Assembly (NCBI GenBank): GCA_002369415.1
Contig: DFEZ01000011.1
Span: forward strand, 145,410-209,409
DNA: 64,000 nt
Direction: 5' to 3'
Source of the DNA: Bacillales bacterium UBA3789
GTDB taxonomy: Bacteria > Bacillota_I > Bacilli_A > RF39 > UBA660
Below are positions 57,627 to 64,000 of this stretch, one piece after another. The translations under genes were made by a program, and so were the position numbers. Below the pieces are notes generated by a model. That model had not been told where the DNA came from and ran no database searches. It was given only the letters and a program-made list of their open reading frames with translations. Position 1 is the stretch's first letter. Each line of letters opens with the position of its first letter.

Positions 57627-59216
57627 TTATATCATATATTTACTTATTATTTTTTCAAATACTTTTAATCCATCCATAGCAGCAGTGGTAATTCCTCCTG
57701 CAAAACCTGCTCCTTCTCCTGATGGATATAGTCCTGGAATTGCTTCTAAATCTTCATTTCTTTCTATAACTACTGGTGAACTTGTTCTTGATTCTATTCC
57801 ACTTAATACAGCATCATCCATTGAAAAACCTTTTATCTTTTTATTAAATTCTGGAATTGCTTCTTTTATTGATTCATTAATATAATCTGGTAATAATTCA
57901 TTAAGATTACTTAATGTATATTTACCTTTAATATTAGGTATTACTTCTCCAATAGATGTTGATTTAATATTATTTTTATAATCTTTATATAATTGAATTG
58001 GAATAAATCCATTACCTAATTCATAAGCTTTTCTTTCTAATTTTCTTTGATATTCTATTCCATCTAGTGGATTAGAACCAAAGTCTTCTTTAGATATAGT
58101 AACAACCAATGCACTATTTGAGTTTTTCTCATCTCTTTTATAGTTACTCATTCCATTTACTGCGATTTGTTTTTCTTCACTAGAGGCATTTACTACAAAA
58201 CCTCCTGGACACATACAAAATGAATAAACTCCTCTACCAGATTTAGTTTGATATGTTAATTTATAACTTGCTGGTGGAAGATATTTATACATTTCTCCAT
58301 ATTGGTTTTTATCTATAATACTTCTTGGATGTTCTATACGTAGTCCTATTGCAAAGTTTTTAGCTTTCATACTTATTCCTTTATCATATAACATATAAAA
58401 AGTATCTCTTGCTGAGTGACCTATTGCAAGTACTACTATATCTGAAGAAATAGTACCCTTATTATTAATTATGACTCCTCTACATTTATTATCTTCAATT
58501 ATTAGATCAGTAACAGTAGAATTATATTTAAATTCTCCTCCTAATGAAATTATTTTGTTTCTAATGTTTATTATTACATTTCTTAATATATCAGTACCAA
58601 TATGAGGTTTATTTAAATACATTATTTCTTCAGGAGCACCATTTTCTACAAATATTTCAAATACTTTTTTCATTCTATTATTAGAATCTTTTGTTAGAGT
58701 ATTTAGCTTTCCATCACTAAATGTACCTGCTCCACCCTCTCCAAACTGTATATTTGAATTTATATTTAATTTATTATTTAAGAAAAAATCTTCTATAGTT
58801 TTTACTCTATCTTCTACTTTTTCTCCTCTTTCTATTATTAATGGTTTATAGCCCTCTAAAGCAAGCATATAAGCACAAAATAAGCCACAAGGACCACTTC
58901 CTACTATAATTGGTCTTTTTGAAAGTTTCACGTCTCCAGAAGGCTTAAAAGCATATTCTTCATTAGGTGTTTTTAAAATATCGTTTGACTTATTCTTTCT
59001 TAAGATCTTATCTTCATCAATTACTTCTACATCTACTTCGTAAACATAGTTAATATTAGTTTTATCTCTTGCATCAATACTTAGTTTGTTTATTTTATAC
59101 TTAGATATTGATAAGGATGGGATATGTAATTTATTAGATATTTTATTTAATAAATAATCTTTATTATCTTTAGTAATTGGTACTTTTATTTGTCTTACTC
59201 TAATCATTATTATCAC
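57627..59216 (-). CDS. FAD-dependent dehydrogenase (COG2509-type NAD(FAD)-utilizing protein)
   Basis: IIVGSGPCGLFCAYMLALEGYKPLIIERG dinucleotide-binding motif; 529 aa. Confidence 0.65.
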   Translation of the reverse strand: MIIMIRVRQIKVPITKDNKDYLLNKISNKLHIPSLSISKYKINKLSIDARDKTNINYVYEVDVEVIDEDKILRKNKSNDILKTPNEEYAFKPSGDVKLSKRPIIVGSGPCGLFCAYMLALEGYKPLIIERGEKVEDRVKTIEDFFLNNKLNINSNIQFGEGGAGTFSDGKLNTLTKDSNNRMKKVFEIFVENGAPEEIMYLNKPHIGTDILRNVIINIRNKIISLGGEFKYNSTVTDLIIEDNKCRGVIINNKGTISSDIVVLAIGHSARDTFYMLYDKGISMKAKNFAIGLRIEHPRSIIDKNQYGEMYKYLPPASYKLTYQTKSGRGVYSFCMCPGGFVVNASSEEKQIAVNGMSNYKRDEKNSNSALVVTISKEDFGSNPLDGIEYQRKLERKAYELGNGFIPIQLYKDYKNNIKSTSIGEVIPNIKGKYTLSNLNELLPDYINESIKEAIPEFNKKIKGFSMDDAVLSGIESRTSSPVVIERNEDLEAIPGLYPSGEGAGFAGGITTAAMDGLKVFEKIISKYMI

Positions 59217-60420
59217 CTATATCAGTACCTGATAATATTCCAGATATCCAACAATTAATTAGATTGTATCCTCCACAATTACCATTAATATCTAATAATT
59301 CTCCAATTATATATAAGTTCTTTTCTTTTAAAGATTCAAATGTATTAGGATTTATTTCTAATAGAGATACTCCTCCATTACATATTTGACTATTATCGTA
59401 ACCTTTAGTAGATGCTATTTCTACTTTAAAGAATCTTAAGCTATTTATCAGTTTGATTTTATCTTCATTACTTAGTTCATTATATTTAGTATTATCATTT
59501 ATATTATTATATTTTAATATTACTTTTACTATCTTATTATTTAAGAATCCTTCTAGTAATTCTTTTATGGTTTTATTACTATGTTTATTATTATAATCAT
59601 TTAACCATACTGTTACTGGTATATTTATAAAAGGAATAAAGTTAATTTTAATTACTTCTTTCTTTCCTTCATCTAATCCTCTTACTAATTTATTGCTTAG
59701 ATTAAATACACATATTCCTGAAATACCATAATCAGTTAATTGTAATTCTCCTTTTTCACTAGATATATATTTATCATCTTCAAATAATTCTAATTCTACA
59801 TCTGTTCTTACTCCAGACCAATCTTTATATTTTTCTTTAGTTTCTAATTGGACTAATGCTGGCAAAGGTTTAATAATAGTATGATTAAATTTCTTTAATA
59901 GTTCATATCCAAAACCATCACTACCAGTCTTTGGATAAGCTTTTGATCCAGTAGATATTACTACTACATCACATTCTATTTCAGTATCATTATAACTAAT
60001 AATATATTTATTATTATTTTTCTTTATATCTTTTACTAAACTATTTAAATATACTTTAATATCTTTATTTTTTAATTCTAATTCTAATTGCTCTTTAATA
60101 GTAGTTGCTTGATTAGAATATGGATACCAGTACCCATTCTTTACTTTTGGAACTATTCCTATTTCATTAAAGAATTCTCTTACTTTATCTATATTATTAT
60201 TTGTAATTATATTTTCTAATATATCTTTATTACTAGATTCATAATTATCTAAAATTATTTCATCATTAAAATAATTACATTTACCATTTCCAGTCATTAG
60301 TAATTTCTTTAATAAAGTATTATTTCTTTCTAGAATTATGACTTCATTATTATTTTTCTTTGCATGAAGAGCACATACTACACCGCTTGGTCCTCCTCCA
60401 ATTATAACAATTCTTTTCAT
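59200..60420 (-). CDS. HI0933/BaiN-like flavoprotein (aminoacetone oxidase family FAD-binding)
   Basis: MKRIVIIGGGPSGVVCALHA ... LMTGNGKCN motifs; overlaps the downstream flavoprotein gene by 17 nt, so the two form an operon. Confidence 0.7.
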   Translation of the reverse strand: MKRIVIIGGGPSGVVCALHAKKNNNEVIILERNNTLLKKLLMTGNGKCNYFNDEIILDNYESSNKDILENIITNNNIDKVREFFNEIGIVPKVKNGYWYPYSNQATTIKEQLELELKNKDIKVYLNSLVKDIKKNNNKYIISYNDTEIECDVVVISTGSKAYPKTGSDGFGYELLKKFNHTIIKPLPALVQLETKEKYKDWSGVRTDVELELFEDDKYISSEKGELQLTDYGISGICVFNLSNKLVRGLDEGKKEVIKINFIPFINIPVTVWLNDYNNKHSNKTIKELLEGFLNNKIVKVILKYNNINDNTKYNELSNEDKIKLINSLRFFKVEIASTKGYDNSQICNGGVSLLEINPNTFESLKEKNLYIIGELLDINGNCGGYNLINCWISGILSGTDIGDNND

Positions 60421-60533
60421 AGTTCCAACTCCTTTTATCGTTCATATTATATCATATATAATTATATTTTTCATTATTATGATAGCATAAATTATTTTTC
60501 GTGTTATAATTATTTCGAATAGTAGGTGTTGAA

Positions 60534-62189
60534 ATGAGAAAAAGAAGAAGATTAAAAAAGAAAGTTATTATTCCAGTAATAATTTTATTTATTTTATTAG
60601 TATGTGGTCTATCATTTATATTAATCACAACTAATAATAAGAATACTTTAAAAGGAATAAAAAAGAATTATGGAGAGTTTGTTAAAACTACTAAGACTGC
60701 TTCATTATATGATAAGAATCATAAGAAAATTGGTAGTATTAAAAAAGATTATGAATTAGAATTAGTTAAGATTAAAAAACTAAGTAATAAGAATAAATTT
60801 ATTAATATTAAAGATACTGATTTATTTGTTAGTTATAAAGATATTACTAAGATTAAAAAGATTAATAAAGAAACTAATAATACTAATTATATTATGTTAA
60901 ATAAGAATATTAAGACTACTAGTAAAGTTACTTTATATAAAGGTAAAAAGAGAGTTATTACTTTAGATAAAGGTATTAATACTCCTATTCTATATATGGA
61001 TAATGATAATTATTATGTTTATTATTTAAATAGTTTATTTAGTATAAAGAAGAATAAAAGTATTAAAACAGTAGAATCTAAAAACAGTAAAGATACTAAT
61101 ACTAGTCATGTAAGTGTATTAAACTTTGATAATATTAGTAATGTATGTGGAGATGACAATTGTGTACCTAAACTAGTTGCTAAAATGGAACTAGAGAAAT
61201 TAAAAAAAGAAGGTTACTACACTATTTCAGTTGATGATTTTATTAATTATATTAATGGTAATGTAATGCTTAAAGATAAAGCTATTTTAATTACAACTGG
61301 TAATGTTAATGATATTGTTAAGGGATTTAATGATACATTAGGTTTTAATATTACTAAGATTGAAAATGAGAATTTAAAATTTAATTTTAATAATAATACT
61401 AATAATACTGAGACTAAAACAGATAGTATTAATGTATATAATGTTAAGAGATATACATCTTATGATGAAGTATTAAGAATGGCACAAGGTGAAAATGTAG
61501 TCGAAGCAAATACTAATTTAAATAAGGATGTTAGTGTTCCAGTACTTAACTATCACTTCTTCTATGATCCAAGTTTAGGAGAAGAATGTAATGAGACAAT
61601 TTGTTTGGATGTTGCGAAGTTTAGAGAACATCTACAATATTTAAAAGATAATAACTTCTATGCATTAACTTCTGGAGAATTTGCTGATTGGATTTATGGT
61701 AACTTAGATGTTCCTGAAAAAACTGTTCTAATTACAATTGATGATGGTGCGATGGGAACTGGTAAACATAATGGTAATAAGTTAAATCCATTACTTGAAG
61801 AATATGAATTACATGCTACTCTATTCTTAATTGCTGGATGGTGGGATATTTCAAATTATGTTGGTCCATACCTAGATATTCAATCACATACATTTGATAT
61901 GCATAATTATGGTGATTGTGGTAGAGGTCAATTAGTATGTGCTGATTATGCTAAAGCAAAGGCTGATGTACAAAGATCATTAGATATAATTGGAAATAAT
62001 ACAACTTTCTGTTATCCATTCTATAGTTATGATGATGAAGCAATTCAAGCATTAAAAGATTTAGGATTTAAAGTTGCATTTGCTGGTGGAAGTAGAAACG
62101 CTACTAGAAGTAGTAATAAATATATAGTTCCAAGATATCCAATTATGAGTTATATAACAATGGATCAATTTAAAAATATGGTAAATTAA
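60534..62189 (+). CDS. Membrane-anchored polysaccharide deacetylase (CE4 / NodB-homology domain; PgdA-like)
   Basis: N-terminal TM, Lys/Asn-rich linker, C-terminal NodB motifs (VLITIDDG ... HATLFLIAGW ... QSHTFDMHN). Confidence 0.7.
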   Translation: MRKRRRLKKKVIIPVIILFILLVCGLSFILITTNNKNTLKGIKKNYGEFVKTTKTASLYDKNHKKIGSIKKDYELELVKIKKLSNKNKFINIKDTDLFVSYKDITKIKKINKETNNTNYIMLNKNIKTTSKVTLYKGKKRVITLDKGINTPILYMDNDNYYVYYLNSLFSIKKNKSIKTVESKNSKDTNTSHVSVLNFDNISNVCGDDNCVPKLVAKMELEKLKKEGYYTISVDDFINYINGNVMLKDKAILITTGNVNDIVKGFNDTLGFNITKIENENLKFNFNNNTNNTETKTDSINVYNVKRYTSYDEVLRMAQGENVVEANTNLNKDVSVPVLNYHFFYDPSLGEECNETICLDVAKFREHLQYLKDNNFYALTSGEFADWIYGNLDVPEKTVLITIDDGAMGTGKHNGNKLNPLLEEYELHATLFLIAGWWDISNYVGPYLDIQSHTFDMHNYGDCGRGQLVCADYAKAKADVQRSLDIIGNNTTFCYPFYSYDDEAIQALKDLGFKVAFAGGSRNATRSSNKYIVPRYPIMSYITMDQFKNMVN

Positions 62190-62212
62190 AAAAGCAGTAT
62201 AAACTGCTTTTT

Positions 62213-62899
62213 TTATTCTACTAATAATCCCATAACTAATTGATATTTATGATTAGGATCTCCATTAGAACAAGTTTGAAGTATTATTACATGAGATTCT
62301 TCTTCTAACTCAATATCACTATGTATATTTGATTTATTCTTTAATTTATTTAAATGTTCTTTATAAGTAAGTCCATTAAAACTCTTTAGATTTACATAAT
62401 CAAAATCTTGTGTTTCTATATAACTAGAAAAGATTTCATATTTATATTTTTTATCATTTGTATAAAGATAGATATATTTATTATTTTCATAAAATTCTTG
62501 ATTATTATAATTAGATAGTTTATTAAATGATAGAGTTATTTCCATATCACTGTGACCATATACTAGTAGTTTTTTATCATTTAATAAGTCATTTCTATAA
62601 TCTAAGAATGTAGCACCATAGATGTCTTCTTCTTTTTTTATATTATGATTTAAATAATAATCATTATCAGATGTTTGTAGTAATATTTCTTTAAATAAAT
62701 TAGGTATTTCTATTACACCTACTATATCATCATTGTTGTATTCTTTTTTTAATTTATCTACTATCTTAGTATCTTCCTTAACTTCTGGAATATTTATTTC
62801 CGGTTTATAATCATATTTTCTATCTACTGATTTAATACCTATAAAGAATACTGAAATGATTAGAATTAATAGTAAGAGTACTCTTAATACTTTCTTCAT
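62213..62899 (-). CDS. srtB: Class B sortase
   Basis: N-terminal TM, YGH His motif (LLVYGHSDM), KYKYEIFSSY beta-strand pattern, LQTC catalytic Cys motif; co-linear with S. aureus SrtB. Confidence 0.65.
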   Translation of the reverse strand: MKKVLRVLLLLILIISVFFIGIKSVDRKYDYKPEINIPEVKEDTKIVDKLKKEYNNDDIVGVIEIPNLFKEILLQTSDNDYYLNHNIKKEEDIYGATFLDYRNDLLNDKKLLVYGHSDMEITLSFNKLSNYNNQEFYENNKYIYLYTNDKKYKYEIFSSYIETQDFDYVNLKSFNGLTYKEHLNKLKNKSNIHSDIELEEESHVIILQTCSNGDPNHKYQLVMGLLVE

Positions 62900-62971
62900 G
62901 TAACCACTCCATTTACGAACATATTATAACATATATAAATAAAAAAAACCAAGCAATGCTTGGCTTTTTTA

Positions 62972-64000
62972 TTAATCCTCTAATTTCTTTCTAAATATTA
63001 CTGCAATTAAACTTGATACGAATAATACGAATAATTCAATTAAACTTCCTTTATTATTATATCCAATACCTGTATTAGGTGGAGTTATTTCTGGAACAGG
63101 TCCATTATATTTATTAGTAATATCAAATCCATTGATTATAGTTTCATAATTAGCTACTTTAATTTCATTAATTGAATAAACTATTTCAATTCCTTGATCT
63201 CTATATTTATATAATGGATTTCCATCATAATCTTCATAGAATGTATAAACCCATCCATTTTCAGCAGTTAATTCTGCAGTTCCGATTTCTTCACCATCAG
63301 CGTATAAGATTATAGTTATTAAAGCAGGTCTTGATGAATATTTATTGTCTTCATCATCCCAAGTTTTAGTTACAGTTATTTGTCCATCATTATCTGGATC
63401 ATCATCGTCTTCATTTATTAGCTCTGGAATATGAGTATTTTCTAATTCACCATCGAATTCATATGTGTCTCCGTCAGTGTATTCTTCACCCTCATGAGTA
63501 TTATTAACTGGAGTAACTTCTCCTGGAGTATAGTAAGGTACTGCCTCTTCAGAAATTGTATATTCAACTGGTTGTCCATTCATGTATTTTGGTAAATTAG
63601 TGAATGTATGTGTCCATTTGTTGAAGTCTTCAGCTTCTTCAATAGTAATTACAGTTGGCTCTCCATAAGCTTCTCCGTTTGCTAATAATTGAACTGTGAT
63701 TGATTCTGGTCTCTTACCATCTCTATCGTAATCATCATTCCAAATCTTAGAAATTGTATAATTAATAACTTCTGGAGTATGTGTATTAACGATATCTAAT
63801 GATTTAAGATCATCTGTTCTTTCATATTTTTCACTGTCGCAAGTTTCTGCAACTGTGTAATCTATTACTTCACCATTTGCATATTTTGGAACTTCTGGGA
63901 ATGTTACTGTCCATTGATTACCTTCTGATAATACGTCAGTAAATTCTGTTGGTTCTCCATTTGCTAGTAAAGTTACTGTAATATTTTCAGGTCTCATACC
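62972..64000 (-). CDS. Cell-wall-anchored adhesin with Cna B-type repeats and C-terminal PPNTG sorting signal (5' end beyond window)
   Basis: At least 3 Cna-B repeats (RPESITVQLLANGE...NKWTHTF..LPKY.NGQPVEYTISE). C-terminus is PPNTG + hydrophobic helix + RKKLED. Confidence 0.7.
   Translation of the reverse strand, partial: GMRPENITVTLLANGEPTEFTDVLSEGNQWTVTFPEVPKYANGEVIDYTVAETCDSEKYERTDDLKSLDIVNTHTPEVINYTISKIWNDDYDRDGKRPESITVQLLANGEAYGEPTVITIEEAEDFNKWTHTFTNLPKYMNGQPVEYTISEEAVPYYTPGEVTPVNNTHEGEEYTDGDTYEFDGELENTHIPELINEDDDDPDNDGQITVTKTWDDEDNKYSSRPALITIILYADGEEIGTAELTAENGWVYTFYEDYDGNPLYKYRDQGIEIVYSINEIKVANYETIINGFDITNKYNGPVPEITPPNTGIGYNNKGSLIELFVLFVSSLIAVIFRKKLED

Noticed and set aside
56083-57885. 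Plus-strand ORFs 56083-56313 and 57685-57885
   Set aside because: Antisense to the MYG1-family gene and the FAD-dependent dehydrogenase gene.

Overview
Very AT-rich (about 25-30% GC) chromosomal segment from a low-GC Gram-positive bacterium (Firmicutes; Clostridia/Erysipelotrichia-like). The lineage call rests on an L27 N-terminal propeptide with the Prp protease gene, AddAB, UppP, a class B sortase, Cna-B adhesin repeats, and a family II CBS-pyrophosphatase. Almost every gene lies on the minus strand, and most are followed by an A/T-flanked hairpin terminator. Most of the window is housekeeping: uppP, rdgB, map, recD2, mtaB, a HelD-like helicase, a phosphohexomutase, the CBS Mn-pyrophosphatase, a DnaB-family (DnaD-like) replication protein, tgt, queA, ruvAB, yebC, obg, rplU-prp-rpmA, pyrH, addAB, yceD-rpmF, a MYG1-family protein, and two flavoproteins. 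The stand-out region is 47.1-54.6 kb. It holds two tandem paralogous genes for giant proteins (1252 and 1204 aa). Each opens with a classic type IV prepilin N-terminus and a pilin head, continues through Ig-like modules carrying D-x-A-G-N motifs, then four Cys-bracketed tandem repeats of about 100 aa, and ends in a roughly 190-aa Cys-rich domain. Each has its own promoter and terminator. Both sit directly downstream of yceD-rpmF. A prepilin peptidase plus PilC/ComGB-like platform operon lies about 25 kb away at 22.4-24.7 kb, with no secretion ATPase or small pilins anywhere in the window. Second-order observations: ribosomal protein L32 carries an N-terminal extension (MMKLDIQMF|AVPF) that mirrors the Prp-cleaved L27 propeptide ([11 protein letters not shown]|AHHKG) encoded 15 kb away. 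A perfect TTGACA-17-TATAAT promoter with a GC-rich L21-leader-like 5' UTR sits face-to-face with the pyrH promoter. There is an orphan Hpt-receiver fusion protein, a tandem Gre-C-domain protein between queA and tgt, a coiled-coil plus DUF1292 pair where Bacillus has spo0B, and a class B sortase beside a Cna-B adhesin with a PPNTG sorting signal. By eye I found no rRNA, tRNA, CRISPR array, transposase or integrase.
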